From Nitrospirota bacterium (GTDB lineage Bacteria > Nitrospirota > Thermodesulfovibrionia > Thermodesulfovibrionales > Dissulfurispiraceae), in contig JAJYXI010000051.1 of assembly GCA_021791055.1 (NCBI GenBank), positions 1,653-65,652 on the forward strand: a stretch of 64,000 bases of DNA. Direction: 5' to 3'. Positions 26,334-38,132 of the stretch are shown here, piece by piece; positions within the stretch are counted from its first letter, which is position 1, and every line of letters starts with the position of its first letter. The notes under the pieces were generated by a model. That model ran no database searches. It was not told the DNA's origin and was given only the letters and a program-made list of their open reading frames with translations. Made by a program: the position numbers and the translations under genes.

Positions 26334-27212
26334 TTAGTGGAAAAGCACAATCAGCACAAAACCTGTGAGCATTAAAATCGTGCCCAATAGTCTCTCTCTT
26401 ATCCCCGACTCCTTAAAGAACAGATAGCCATAAAAAACACCTATCAGCAGACTGAGCCTCTTAACAGAAATCATATATGCAACCTTTGTCAGGCTCATTG
26501 CTATCATATGGGAGATTATCATTATGGACTGTAACATTCCAGGAAGAATTGACGATTTTATCGCCCCATTGCGGAATATTACTCTCAACTCATCTCTTCC
26601 CTTGTATAGAGCTATCGGTGTTAGAACAATAACAAGCAACGTAATATAAGTGGCACCGAAGAATATTGGTGAAGAATGTTCAATTGCCCTTTTGCCGAGG
26701 GAGGATGTAAAGCTGTAAATAAGGGCAACGATAATCATGAATATAGAACCTTTCTCTTTTTTGATAGCAATAAACGGCTCTAAAATGCCTTTTTTAAATT
26801 CCTTAAGGTTAAGGGTATAGCCTCCAACTGCAATGAACAAAACACCCAATGCGCCTATGAATGAAACCTTCTCACCAAGGATAATGTATGGAACTATTAT
26901 GAGAAATACTGGCGTAAGGGAAAGAAACGGCAGTGTCAGGCTTAATGGAGAAACCTTTAATGCCTTTATATAAAGGATGATCGCGATTATCTCAAGGGGC
27001 AGCGCTGTGAGAAAGGCCGTGTAGAATTCATTATCAAGTAATGGTACAGGGACAAACAACAGGGACGCAAGGAGAAACGGCAGTGAACACAAGAGCCTGA
27101 GCCATGCAATGAGATACTCATTATGAACCGCCAATGCCTTTTTGGTTAGTGCGTCGCTGGTAGCGAGAGTAACGGCAGAGATGAGAGCAAACAGTATCCA
27201 CAGATTTTCCAT
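26334..27212 (-). CDS. EamA/DMT-family transporter
   Basis: 292 aa with about 10 predicted TM helices in two EamA-like halves. Confidence 0.7.
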   Translation of the reverse strand: MENLWILFALISAVTLATSDALTKKALAVHNEYLIAWLRLLCSLPFLLASLLFVPVPLLDNEFYTAFLTALPLEIIAIILYIKALKVSPLSLTLPFLSLTPVFLIIVPYIILGEKVSFIGALGVLFIAVGGYTLNLKEFKKGILEPFIAIKKEKGSIFMIIVALIYSFTSSLGKRAIEHSSPIFFGATYITLLVIVLTPIALYKGRDELRVIFRNGAIKSSILPGMLQSIMIISHMIAMSLTKVAYMISVKRLSLLIGVFYGYLFFKESGIRERLLGTILMLTGFVLIVLFH

Positions 27213-27316
27213 TAAATAATTTTAATGGCTAAAGCTAAAAATAAACAACAAATGAGAAAATATTTTCCAAAATGTGTAAAATAATAGCTCGTTATTCTTA
27301 ATAACCAACAAACTAA

Positions 27317-28348
<1,032 letters not shown>

Positions 28349-28350
28349 GC

Positions 28351-29007
28351 ATGTTTAAACTCGCACCGGAAGGCTATCCATTTTTAATCTTCTTTTCCAT
28401 TCTCACCATTATTGCATTCTTTGCAACAGGCGGGGTATGGATAGCCCTTTTACCGTTCATTCTTACGCTCTTTATGCTGTACTTTTTCAGAGACCCTGAG
28501 AGGACAATACCTGATGGGGATAATGTCTTTGTGTCCCCTGCCGATGGTAAGGTCATACTGATAAAGAATGTTGATGAAGATGTAATCCCCCCCTACCCCC
28601 CTTTATTAAAAAGGGGCGAGGGGGGATTTATCGAAGTCAGCATCTTCATGTCCCCTTTGAATGTCCATGTAAACAGGGCCCCATGCGACGGGGTTGTTGA
28701 ATCGGTAGTACATACGCCTGGAAAATTTCTATCCGCATTTAAACATGAGGCGTCCCTTCACAATGAAAACATCGCCATGCTCCTTAATACAAAACACGGC
28801 AAGGTGCTTGTCCGTCAGGTTGCAGGATTTGTTGCAAGAAGGGCTGTATGCAGGGTTAAGCCTGGCGATGCCTTAGAGAAAGGGCAGCGTTACGGAATCA
28901 TAAAATTCAGTTCAAGACTGGATATTTATCTGCCGAAAAATACCGATATTAAAGTTAAGCTGGGAGATAAGGTAAAGGCTGGAGAGACAATAATCGGAAC
29001 AAAGTAA
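28351..29007 (+). CDS. psd: Phosphatidylserine decarboxylase (short, archaeal-type family)
   Basis: About 215 aa. N-terminal TM helices and a GQRYGIIKFSSRLDIYLP self-cleavage region. In-frame palindromic insert (IPPYPPLLKRGEGGF). Confidence 0.8.
   Translation: MFKLAPEGYPFLIFFSILTIIAFFATGGVWIALLPFILTLFMLYFFRDPERTIPDGDNVFVSPADGKVILIKNVDEDVIPPYPPLLKRGEGGFIEVSIFMSPLNVHVNRAPCDGVVESVVHTPGKFLSAFKHEASLHNENIAMLLNTKHGKVLVRQVAGFVARRAVCRVKPGDALEKGQRYGIIKFSSRLDIYLPKNTDIKVKLGDKVKAGETIIGTK
28584..28628. repeat. Nested C-run/G-run palindromic element in frame in psd
   Basis: AATCCCCCCCTACCCCCCTTTATTAAAAAGGGGCGAGGGGGGATT, translated as IPPYPPLLKRGEGGF. Confidence 0.85.
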
Positions 29008-29025
29008 TGGTATAATAGTTAAAGA

Positions 29026-29802
29026 ATGACAGCAAAACACAAAAGAGAGGAGAAAAAGCCGAAGAAAGGTGTATATCTCCTGCCAAATACCATAACCCTC
29101 TGCGGCATGTTTGCCGGCTTTTTTGCAATCCTTTCGGCAATCAACGGAAACTATCTGAACGCCGCATGGGCAATAATAATAGCGAATATCTTCGACGGCC
29201 TCGACGGCTGGATTGCAAGACTCACAAATACTTCCACAAGATTCGGAATAGAGCTTGACTCGCTTTCAGACCTCGTTGCCTTCGGAGTCGCTCCGTCTGT
29301 AATGATATATAAATGGTCCCTCGCTCCCTTTGGCAGATTAGGATGGGCTGCCGCATTTCTGTTCGTTGCATGCGGCGCATTAAGGCTTGCAAGATTCAAT
29401 ATACAGACCGGTGCCCCAGGCTCAAAGGCATTCAAGGGTATGCCCATACCTGGCGCTGCAACTATTTTAGCCTCGATGGTTATCTTTTATTACGAATTCT
29501 GGACAGGCATTCCGGGAAAAAATATCTTTTTCCCGATTATCACAATACTGCTATCTTTGTTAATGGTCAGCACCTTGCGTTATCACGGCCTTAAAGAGAT
29601 AGACTTCAGGGAGAGAAAGCCCTTCTGGGTGTTGATTGTATTCGTGCTGGTGCTTTTTGTCCTGTTCGTACACCCTCCGACTGCAATATTCATCTTTGCA
29701 ATGGCATACCTCCTTTGGGGTATAATTGAAAATACAATTCTTTTAGCAAAAAGAAGAAAATTAAAACAAATAGAACAGCAATCAATAGAGAGTAAGGAAT
29801 GA
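29026..29802 (+). CDS. pssA: CDP-diacylglycerol--serine O-phosphatidyltransferase
   Basis: CDP-alcohol phosphatidyltransferase motif DGLDGWIAR....G.ELDSLSD. Confidence 0.85.
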   Translation: MTAKHKREEKKPKKGVYLLPNTITLCGMFAGFFAILSAINGNYLNAAWAIIIANIFDGLDGWIARLTNTSTRFGIELDSLSDLVAFGVAPSVMIYKWSLAPFGRLGWAAAFLFVACGALRLARFNIQTGAPGSKAFKGMPIPGAATILASMVIFYYEFWTGIPGKNIFFPIITILLSLLMVSTLRYHGLKEIDFRERKPFWVLIVFVLVLFVLFVHPPTAIFIFAMAYLLWGIIENTILLAKRRKLKQIEQQSIESKE

Positions 29803-31307
29803 GGATTATCAAGATATTCGATACAACACTCAGGGACGGCGAGCAGTCACCAGGCGCATCCATGAATGTGGATGAGAAGATTCAGGTGGCAAAGCAGCTC
29901 GTGAAGTTGGGCGTGGATATTATAGAGGCAGGATTTCCCATCGCATCACCGGGAGACTTTGAGGCGGTTAAAAGGGTTGCAACCGAGATAAAAGGCGCTA
30001 CCATTGCCGGGCTTGCAAGGGCGAGGAATGAGGACATCGACAGGGCCGGAGAGGCAATAAAGCCTGCAGAGTCAAAGAGGATCCATACATTCATAGCCAC
30101 ATCCGACATACATCTTCAGTACAAGCTAAGGATGTCGAGAGATGCTGTAATCGAGGCCGCTGTAAATGCCGTAAAAAGGGCAAGGCAGTATACTGACGAT
30201 GTGGAATTCTCGGCAGAAGATGCAACAAGGTCTGACTGGGACTATCTCTGTAAAGTGACAGAAGCGGTAATTAAGGCAGGTGCAAAAACAGTAAATATCC
30301 CTGACACCGTAGGTTATACAGTACCTCAGGAATACGGGGAACTCATAGAGTATCTCATGAACACCGTGCCTGATATTGATAAGGCTGTAATATCTGTTCA
30401 CTGCCATAATGACTTAGGCCTTGCTGTTGCCAACTCCCTCACTGCAATCCTTAAGGGAGCAGGACAGGTCGAGTGCACTGTCAACGGCATCGGCGAAAGG
30501 GCTGGGAATGCGTCTATGGAAGAGATAGTGATGGCATTAAAGACAAGGCCGAAGTTTTACAATGCAGATACAAAGATCGTGACACAGGAAATATACAAGA
30601 CAAGCCGCCTCGTGTCAAAGATAACGGGAATGGTCGTCCAGCCGAACAAGGCGATAGTCGGAGAGAACGCCTTTGCCCATGAGGCAGGAATACACCAGGA
30701 CGGTCTGCTCAAGGAGAGGTCAACATACGAGATTATGAAGCCGGAGGATGTTGGAATTCCAAAATCAAAGCTCGTCCTCGGCAAACACTCGGGCAGGCAT
30801 GCATTCAAGGCGCGCCTTCATGAGCTTGGATATGATTTGACAGAGGAAGAACTGAACAGGGCATTTGAGAAGCTCAAGCACCTTGCTGACCAGAAAAAAT
30901 ACATATTCGATGAGGATATAGAAACTCTTGTCTCGGAAGAGGTGTCGAAAATACCTGAAACATACAGCCTTGTCGATCTGTCAATTACAAGCGGAGTTAA
31001 TGTAAAGCCCACTGCTGCTTTAAAGCTGAAGGTCAATGATAATATCGTTGAAAAAATGGAACATGGCGACGGTCCTGTAGATGCTGTATATAAGGCAATT
31101 GCAGCCATTACCCAGACAAAGAGCAGTCTCTTAAAATTTGAGGTCAAGAGCATTACAGGCGGAACAGACGCACTCGGCGAGGTCATGGTTTCTCTTGAAG
31201 AAGACGGCCGCACAGTAAGGGGACACGGTGCCGATACGGACATAATCATTGCTGCTGCAAAGGCATATATAAATGCATTAAACAAGCTGGCAGCAAGGAA
31301 AAAATAA
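29799..31307 (+). CDS. leuA: 2-isopropylmalate synthase
   Basis: [26 protein letters not shown], and a C-terminal LeuA dimerisation domain. Confidence 0.95.
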   Translation: MRIIKIFDTTLRDGEQSPGASMNVDEKIQVAKQLVKLGVDIIEAGFPIASPGDFEAVKRVATEIKGATIAGLARARNEDIDRAGEAIKPAESKRIHTFIATSDIHLQYKLRMSRDAVIEAAVNAVKRARQYTDDVEFSAEDATRSDWDYLCKVTEAVIKAGAKTVNIPDTVGYTVPQEYGELIEYLMNTVPDIDKAVISVHCHNDLGLAVANSLTAILKGAGQVECTVNGIGERAGNASMEEIVMALKTRPKFYNADTKIVTQEIYKTSRLVSKITGMVVQPNKAIVGENAFAHEAGIHQDGLLKERSTYEIMKPEDVGIPKSKLVLGKHSGRHAFKARLHELGYDLTEEELNRAFEKLKHLADQKKYIFDEDIETLVSEEVSKIPETYSLVDLSITSGVNVKPTAALKLKVNDNIVEKMEHGDGPVDAVYKAIAAITQTKSSLLKFEVKSITGGTDALGEVMVSLEEDGRTVRGHGADTDIIIAAAKAYINALNKLAARKK

Positions 31308-31319
31308 TATAATTCCTAA

Positions 31320-31580
31320 TCAAGTTCTCATTGCCATATATATTTCATCATACTGTTTTTTGCGTTCCAGCCATATTTTCAACGCCTCGTAATTTTCCTT
31401 CCATTTTTCGAAATCCTTATCTCCGCTTCTTTCTCCTCTTAAATATTCTTCTATGAACACTTCTGTTTTCACCTTGTATTTTCTTTCCATTTCCGCAATA
31501 AAACTCTCTATCTCCTTGAGCTTCTTGTTGCAGATATTTACTTCCCTTGAAAGTGTAATTGCATATTCATCCGTGCGCAT
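31320..31580 (-). CDS. Hypothetical coiled-coil protein (86 aa)
   Basis: Intact ORF. I recognise no family. Confidence 0.4.
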   Translation of the reverse strand: MRTDEYAITLSREVNICNKKLKEIESFIAEMERKYKVKTEVFIEEYLRGERSGDKDFEKWKENYEALKIWLERKKQYDEIYMAMRT

Positions 31581-31688
31581 TAATGCCTCCCTGTTTATCT
31601 TTGAAAATATTATTAAACAAATTATAGCAGATTAATCAACCTTCCATTTCAATGCCGAAAAATGTTTATATATCCACTGGAGATAATA

Positions 31689-32075
31689 ATGGCACATCGC
31701 ATCAAAATAAAAATCTACTATGAAGACACAGATGCCGGTGGGGTGGTCTATTACGCCAAATACCTCAACTATTTAGAGCGTGCCAGGACAGAATTCCTTT
31801 CAGACCACGGCATCAATGTAGCAGAGCTTCACAATCTCGGTTATTTCTTTGTGGTAACCCATGTAGATATACATTACAGACAGCCTGCAAGACTTGGAGA
31901 TATTATCGAAGTTACCACAGAGATCAATGAACTCAGAAATGCCTCGATGACAATAAAAAGCCATATTCTCAGAGATAATGCAGTCCTCGCCGAAGCTGAT
32001 GTAACCCTTGCCTGCATTGATAAAAATGGGAAACCAACAAGGTTTCCTGAGGGTTTTAATACGCTGAAAGAATAA
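31689..32075 (+). CDS. YbgC/4HBT-family acyl-CoA thioesterase
   Basis: IYYEDTDAGGVVYYAKYLNYLERARTEFL hot-dog signature. Start at MAHRI. Confidence 0.8.
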   Translation: MAHRIKIKIYYEDTDAGGVVYYAKYLNYLERARTEFLSDHGINVAELHNLGYFFVVTHVDIHYRQPARLGDIIEVTTEINELRNASMTIKSHILRDNAVLAEADVTLACIDKNGKPTRFPEGFNTLKE

Positions 32076-32081
32076 AAACAG

Positions 32082-34025
32082 TTACATGGCCTTTTGTGCG
32101 GCTCTAAACTCGCTCCATAAGTTGCAGAAGCCTTCCATAGATTTTTCAGCATTCCCAAGAAATGCTATTCTTGATTCTATCGTCTCTTTTGACCTGTTCA
32201 TCTCATTAATTATTTCATCAAATATGGACTTATAGCCTCCGATAACCCTCTCTATCTCATTTGATATCTCATCGCCTAATCCATCAAGATGCAGCTTTAT
32301 ATGAGAGAACAACTCCCTGTCCTTTTCGGCTATCCACTTTTGCATGGAGTCTTCCAGACTTTTTCTGATTAAAAAAATGGCTTTTTTCAGCTTTATATCA
32401 TCGAACTTAAATCTCCCTGTCCTCTGGTTTATACGCCCCAATGAAATAATCATTAATAAGGTCCCCATAAATCCCCTCTTCCTCGCAAGCCTCCCCTTAA
32501 AAAGCGTGGGATAAAAGACGCTGTCGAATTTTAAGACTATGGCCGGAAAATCAAGGCTGCTGAAAGACGATGGCACTTTAGGCAGGGCTATATGTATATC
32601 CTCATTTTCCACGCCTCTTATATATCCGCTGTATTCCATTATCTTGGTCTGGATTGCTCTGCTTTGTTCCTGCAGCGCTCTTTCCTTTTCACTCAAATCG
32701 CTATTTATATATTTTTCATACTTGCCCATTACCTGCATATAATTCTTTCCAATCACACCCGTTTTTATCTGGCTGGATACTTCATCTATGGTATGCAAAT
32801 TATTGCCGTTTTGTAATGCAATCAGCTCGTCGTTCGACAGAGATGTCAAAATCCTTGTCGATTGCTTCATTATATTGTCTATGTGGGCATTGATTATAAG
32901 GGATAAGGATTTATGGGCAAGGTTTATGTCCCTGCGCATATTATCCGTGTTTTTATCAAATGCAGCCTTTTCGGTCATTTCTGCACTAGCTTCCTCATAA
33001 AAGCGCCTTATGATGGACATCTCCTTGACAAGCCTATCCCTATCTTCCATTAGGTCTCTGATCTGGCTCAAAATATTGTCTTTTATCTCTTTGAGCCGCC
33101 GGTCTATAAGGGACATCTTCTGCTTAAAAACCTCGATGGATGCCTTTTCAAGTGCGATGTAGTTTATATATTTTATTAACTGCTCAACCCCGCTTTTTTC
33201 TCTGAGGGTTTCCAAAGTTGCACCATCCTTGCCGTGAAACCACAACAGATTTCTTATCTGGTTGTCAATGAACGACAGAACCGTCATCTCTTCCATTCCC
33301 TGATACCGTCTAAGAGAAGCATCCAGACATTCCCGCAGCATCTCTCCATCATCCGTATCTAAGCCGGCGCACTCTTTAATCCTGAGTGCCTTCTGTGCGT
33401 AAAAATACTGCAGGGCAGAAATGCCCAGCACTATAAATCCCCTGTAGCCAAGCTCTTTTAATTTAGCCCTCAGAAAATCTATAAACCTTACTGCCGACTT
33501 CTTCTCTTCGCTTAAATACATTAAGTCCAGCTTATTGACAACAACAATAAAGGAGTAAATTTTATTATGCTCCTCAAATGCGGTCTTTATATCCCTGAAA
33601 AATTCCTCTTCGCTCTTAGTCAGGTGCTTTGCATAATCCACGATAAAGACCACCACATCGGCCTCTCCTATCCATTTGTAAGCAACCTTCTTATGGTCGC
33701 TTCCAGCAAGGTCCGGGCCCGGGGTGTCTATTACCGTATAGCTGCACAAACTGTCGGCATGAGGTACATAGTGAATTTCCATGTCGTCGAGGATATAACC
33801 GCCCTTATTATCTACCTGTGCGTTTCTGAATTCATCAAGGATGTATTCCTTTACAGCAGCCGGGTTTTTGAAAATTATCTGCTGGCCTTGATAATTGAGC
33901 GCTATTGTCCTGTCGTTACTCTTTTTGTATATGCAGGAGTTAAAGGTAGGCATCTCAGCACTTGCAGGTGCATATTCCTCGCCGAGGAAGCAGTTCACCA
34001 GTACGCTTTTGCCTGCTCCCCCCAA
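32082..34025 (-). CDS. Dynamin-family (bacterial dynamin-like) GTPase; the N-terminus begins at the P-loop
   Basis: G1 ALGGAGKS, G3 VIDTPGP, G4 VVVNKLD and a long helical C-terminal region. The only start is TTG, 1 codon before GGAGKS, and an in-frame TGA lies 7 codons upstream. Confidence 0.7.
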   Translation of the reverse strand: MGGAGKSVLVNCFLGEEYAPASAEMPTFNSCIYKKSNDRTIALNYQGQQIIFKNPAAVKEYILDEFRNAQVDNKGGYILDDMEIHYVPHADSLCSYTVIDTPGPDLAGSDHKKVAYKWIGEADVVVFIVDYAKHLTKSEEEFFRDIKTAFEEHNKIYSFIVVVNKLDLMYLSEEKKSAVRFIDFLRAKLKELGYRGFIVLGISALQYFYAQKALRIKECAGLDTDDGEMLRECLDASLRRYQGMEEMTVLSFIDNQIRNLLWFHGKDGATLETLREKSGVEQLIKYINYIALEKASIEVFKQKMSLIDRRLKEIKDNILSQIRDLMEDRDRLVKEMSIIRRFYEEASAEMTEKAAFDKNTDNMRRDINLAHKSLSLIINAHIDNIMKQSTRILTSLSNDELIALQNGNNLHTIDEVSSQIKTGVIGKNYMQVMGKYEKYINSDLSEKERALQEQSRAIQTKIMEYSGYIRGVENEDIHIALPKVPSSFSSLDFPAIVLKFDSVFYPTLFKGRLARKRGFMGTLLMIISLGRINQRTGRFKFDDIKLKKAIFLIRKSLEDSMQKWIAEKDRELFSHIKLHLDGLGDEISNEIERVIGGYKSIFDEIINEMNRSKETIESRIAFLGNAEKSMEGFCNLWSEFRAAQKAM

Positions 34026-34177
34026 TGCTTTTTCAATTATACCTCATAAAAACCAGTCTAACAATCTCTAATTAAGCCGGATTTGACACGAAATGCCTCT
34101 TGTCAATAAGCCTTTTATAAAGATATAATAGGTTTTTTAAAAATTTTACGAAAATGCTCTACGATTCAGGAGGATAC

Positions 34178-35437
34178 ATGACTATTACCGAGAAGATACT
34201 TGCGGCGCATGCTGGAAAAAAAGAGGTTGTCCCCGGCGAATTAATAAATGCAAAGGTTGACCTCATCCTTGCCAATGACATTACCGCCCCCATTGCCATA
34301 CAGGAATTCAAGAAAATCGGTGCAAAGGATGTCTTTGACAAAGATAGGGTGGCGCTGATTCCCGATCATTTTACGCCACAAAAAGACATAAAGGCTGCAG
34401 AGCAGTGCAAAACGCTCAGAGATTTTTCAAAGGAATACCACCTCGGATTATATTTTGAAGTTGGCAGGATGGGCATTGAGCACGCACTGCTGCCTGAGCA
34501 GGGTCTTGTGGTTCCGGGAGATCTGGTAATCGGCGCAGACAGCCACACATGCACTTACGGAGCCCTCGGAGCCTTTGCGACAGGCGTAGGTTCCACAGAT
34601 GTTGCCGCCGCAATGGCGACAGGCGAATGCTGGTTCAAGGTTCCAGAATCAATGAAATTCATTTACTATGGAAAGCTCAATAAATGGGTTGGAGGAAAGG
34701 ATTTGATTCTTCACACAATAGGCGACATCGGCGTTGACGGCGCATTATACAGGGCTATGGAATTCGAAGGTGAAGCAATCAGGAATCTGCCGATGTACGG
34801 AAGGCTTACCATGTGCAACATGGCGATAGAGGCTGGCGGCAAAAACGGCATTATTGTACCTGACAGCATAACAGAAGAATATGTAAAAGGCAGGGCGAAG
34901 AGACCCTATAAATTTTATACATCGGATTCAGATGGAAAATATATGGAGATCAGAGAATACGACTGCTCAAAAATACCTTTAACCGTTTCATGTCCGCATC
35001 TGCCTTCAAATACAAGACCTGCAGCCGAATTGTTCGAAATAACCATAGACCAGGTTGTTGTCGGCTCATGCACCAATGGAAGGCTCGAAGATTTAAGGGA
35101 AGCTGCACAGATCATTAAAGGCAGAAAGGTGAATCCAAATGTAAGGATGATCGTCATCCCTGCAACGCAGCAGATTTACAAACAGGCAATGAACGAAGGA
35201 CTTCTCGATATATTCATAGATGCAGAGGCCGTTGTCTCAACACCCACATGCGGGCCATGCCTCGGCGGACACATGGGAATCCTCGCAAAAGGAGAAAGGG
35301 CTCTCGCAACTACAAACAGGAATTTTGTAGGAAGGATGGGACATCCTGAAAGCGAAGTGTATCTATCAAACCCGGCAGTGGCAGCGGCATCGGCAGTGCT
35401 TGGCAGGATAGGAGTGCCGGAGGAATTTGGGTTGTAA
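34178..35437 (+). CDS. leuC: 3-isopropylmalate (or homoaconitate) dehydratase large subunit, about 420-aa type
   Basis: Aconitase-family [23 protein letters not shown] and CGPCLG cluster ligands. AGGAGG upstream of MTITEK. Confidence 0.9.
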   Translation: MTITEKILAAHAGKKEVVPGELINAKVDLILANDITAPIAIQEFKKIGAKDVFDKDRVALIPDHFTPQKDIKAAEQCKTLRDFSKEYHLGLYFEVGRMGIEHALLPEQGLVVPGDLVIGADSHTCTYGALGAFATGVGSTDVAAAMATGECWFKVPESMKFIYYGKLNKWVGGKDLILHTIGDIGVDGALYRAMEFEGEAIRNLPMYGRLTMCNMAIEAGGKNGIIVPDSITEEYVKGRAKRPYKFYTSDSDGKYMEIREYDCSKIPLTVSCPHLPSNTRPAAELFEITIDQVVVGSCTNGRLEDLREAAQIIKGRKVNPNVRMIVIPATQQIYKQAMNEGLLDIFIDAEAVVSTPTCGPCLGGHMGILAKGERALATTNRNFVGRMGHPESEVYLSNPAVAAASAVLGRIGVPEEFGL

Positions 35438-35533
35438 AATAAACGATAACCGAGACATCTATAAAAATATCGTAGCAGCATAAAAGATAATGTTACACAT
35501 AAAAAACTAGAAACATCAAATCAGGAGGGGATA

Positions 35534-35815
35534 ATGATTAACTGGTTAAAGATTATCTTTGTTTTTTTCGTTGTAAGCATTGCACAGGCGTCTGACGATA
35601 CCTATATAAAAATTCAAGAAATGGTTAATGACTTAGGGGCACCACAATATCGGCAGCAAAATAATGGGAAAGTGCAACAATGTGCTGATGGTGGAACAAA
35701 ACAGATAACAATAAAGAAAACAAAATATGGAACTTCTTATAAGGGTATCTATAGAAAATGTAAGGAGTTTGGCACATTAAGAGATGGGCATGTAGAGATT
35801 ACAACAGGAGGGTAG
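35534..35815 (+). CDS. Small secreted hypothetical protein (93 aa)
   Basis: Signal peptide MINWLKIIFVFFVVSIAQA and GGAGGGG SD. Confidence 0.5.
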   Translation: MINWLKIIFVFFVVSIAQASDDTYIKIQEMVNDLGAPQYRQQNNGKVQQCADGGTKQITIKKTKYGTSYKGIYRKCKEFGTLRDGHVEITTGG

Positions 35816-35821
35816 ATTCAA

Positions 35822-37540
35822 ATGAAGGTAAAAAATATAATGCTTGCACTTTTTATTTTTTCTTTAATGGCATCAAATGTTTTTGCTCAAGATTATGAAA
35901 CAGTGCTTAACAACTGCAAAAATAGTCTTGAGTCATCATTTCTTAGCGTGCCAGACAGTGACATTGAGATTTGTAATAAGGCAATACAAATTAATTCTAA
36001 TGATGCAAGAGGATACTTTTTTCGCGGTACGGCTTATCTCCTAAATAAAAAATTTACGGCAGCGAAAAAAGACCTATCAAGAGCTATTGATTTGAAGCTA
36101 TCTAATGGTGAGATGCTATCTATGGCATATCATCGTAGGGGCTATGCATATGAACAAACAAAACAATATGAGAAAGCAATAGAAGATTACAGAAGGGCAA
36201 TAGAGATAGACCCTAAGAATGAGTATTCCAAAAACGCAATTGTCAAATTTGAAGAGCAGAAAATTTCTGAAAAAATAGTAAATACGAAGAAGGAAGCAAG
36301 TGTTTATGAGGAAGAACTAAAGAAAAATCCAAGAGATTATTCTGTTAATAAAAAACTGGCTGATATTTATTTAAATATTGATATGGAAAAGGCTTACTAT
36401 TATGCTAACAAGCTTATTGAAATTTCTAAAAACCAACAAGAAAAAGCTCAAGGTTATCTTTATAGAGGATGGATTAGGCATGAATATGGAGAGACAAAGG
36501 AAGCCTATGATGATTACACACAATCAATTCATTTAAATCCAAAAGAAGCTTCAGCATACTATCACAGAAGCAGGTTGTTCGACAATAAAGATATAGACAA
36601 GAAAATTGCCGATTTGCAAAAAGCCGTAGAGATAGATGCTAAGTTCCCAGATGCTCTTTGGGCTTTGGGATGGGCATATGACCACAAACAGATAATAAGC
36701 ACTGGCTATCAGAAACAACAGGCATTAAAAAGCGCAATTGACGCTTTTAGCAGGTTAATAGACATAGAGCCTGAATATGATTCCAGAATATATAGGTTTA
36801 GGGCAAATTGGCACATGTTACTTAGCACAGTAGACTGTAAAACAGCTATTGCCGACAGAAAGAAAGCAATAGAAATGACAAAGGATTCAGACCAAGATTA
36901 TGGCTACTATGCAGAGAACCTTATGCAATGCAAGGATTATCCTTCGGCTATAAGAGCATATGAAGATATATTATCTAAGAAGGATGCTTTTTTTAAGATG
37001 TATAGTAAAGCAAAATATGCGGTTGATATGGGCAAAGCATGGATGCTATGGGGTGGTATTGACCCTGAAAAAATGACCACTCATAGAATTTATGATTTAG
37101 ATAAGCGAATTTCTACAAAGGCTGTTGAGGTGCTTGACAAAGCAATAAAAATAGCTTCTCCACGATGTGATGAAGCAAAAGATGATACCGCCAAATATGT
37201 GCTGTGCGACCCAAAGAGAAAAGCAATTGCATATAAGGGCCTAATCTATTTGGTTTTAGAAGATTACAGCAAAGCGGCTGAGAATCTGCGTAAAGCAATA
37301 GACTACTTTCCTAATGCAACACTTAAATATCACCTTGCTGTAGCCCTATATAAAAAGAAAGACTATAAGGGGGCGTTAGAAAATTGCAGGGTAAGTAAAG
37401 ATAATATGCTTCCTTTTAAAGATACAGACTTCGGAAATATCGCATGTTCTGATTCGTTTATTGAAGAACTTGAGAAGATTGTAATGCTTGGGCCTGAAAC
37501 TAAAAAAAATACCAAGGCTAAAAGTAATGACAGGCGATAA
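35822..37540 (+). CDS. Secreted TPR-repeat protein (572 aa)
   Basis: Signal peptide ...SNVFAQ and many TPR-like units (AIEDYRRAIEIDPKN and similar). Confidence 0.75.
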   Translation: MKVKNIMLALFIFSLMASNVFAQDYETVLNNCKNSLESSFLSVPDSDIEICNKAIQINSNDARGYFFRGTAYLLNKKFTAAKKDLSRAIDLKLSNGEMLSMAYHRRGYAYEQTKQYEKAIEDYRRAIEIDPKNEYSKNAIVKFEEQKISEKIVNTKKEASVYEEELKKNPRDYSVNKKLADIYLNIDMEKAYYYANKLIEISKNQQEKAQGYLYRGWIRHEYGETKEAYDDYTQSIHLNPKEASAYYHRSRLFDNKDIDKKIADLQKAVEIDAKFPDALWALGWAYDHKQIISTGYQKQQALKSAIDAFSRLIDIEPEYDSRIYRFRANWHMLLSTVDCKTAIADRKKAIEMTKDSDQDYGYYAENLMQCKDYPSAIRAYEDILSKKDAFFKMYSKAKYAVDMGKAWMLWGGIDPEKMTTHRIYDLDKRISTKAVEVLDKAIKIASPRCDEAKDDTAKYVLCDPKRKAIAYKGLIYLVLEDYSKAAENLRKAIDYFPNATLKYHLAVALYKKKDYKGALENCRVSKDNMLPFKDTDFGNIACSDSFIEELEKIVMLGPETKKNTKAKSNDRR

Positions 37541-37577
37541 AATATAAATGAATTGTCCTCTAAACGCTGGAGGGATT

Positions 37578-38132
37578 ATGAAAGACTCAATCAGCGCAAG
37601 GGCGGCAATTGTTGGTGCAGCCTCAAATGTTAAGCGTTATACCGTAAAATTATCGGTAAATTCTGCTACGCAAGAAGTTATCTTCAAAGAAGGTAGTGAC
37701 GAATATAATAATAGTAGCGAAGGTCCAATATTATATATTCGCTATAGGAGCAAAAATAATTTGCTATACATAGGAGAATGTGAAAAGAAATATCGTGTTG
37801 AAAGTGGTTTTTACATCGAAAAGAAAGCAAAGAAGCGAAAAATGCCTGCTGCGCCATACTATTTTCTTAATGATGAAGCTTTTAAAATCCATTATGTTGA
37901 TGTCTATCAATTAGACCCATCAATTTATGGGAAATCAAAAAGCAATAGGGAAAAACTTGAGCAGTATGTAAGAATAGGTATAGAAATATATACAGGACAA
38001 AAACCCAAGTTCAATAATGACCCAAACAGCAAAAATTTCCCACGCCATATAATTGATACAGGGAATCAGATTATTTGTGATATGATGCGAAGGGGAATCA
38101 TCAACACCAAGTGTATCACTGAGGAAAGATAG
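37578..38132 (+). CDS. Hypothetical protein with a possible GIY-YIG nuclease core
   Basis: ILYIRYRSKNNLLYIGECEKKYR fits GIY-x10-YIG-x7-R, and the downstream REKLEQYV...FNN fits the conserved Glu/Asn. Start at MKDSIS with GGAGGG upstream. The family call is tentative. Confidence 0.4.
   Translation: MKDSISARAAIVGAASNVKRYTVKLSVNSATQEVIFKEGSDEYNNSSEGPILYIRYRSKNNLLYIGECEKKYRVESGFYIEKKAKKRKMPAAPYYFLNDEAFKIHYVDVYQLDPSIYGKSKSNREKLEQYVRIGIEIYTGQKPKFNNDPNSKNFPRHIIDTGNQIICDMMRRGIINTKCITEER

Noticed and set aside
32082-34025. The dynamin-like GTPase could be an Eleos (LeoA/LeoBC) defence system.
   Set aside because: No LeoBC-like partner gene is adjacent. The gene is monocistronic and possibly 5'-truncated, so calling it Eleos is unsupported.
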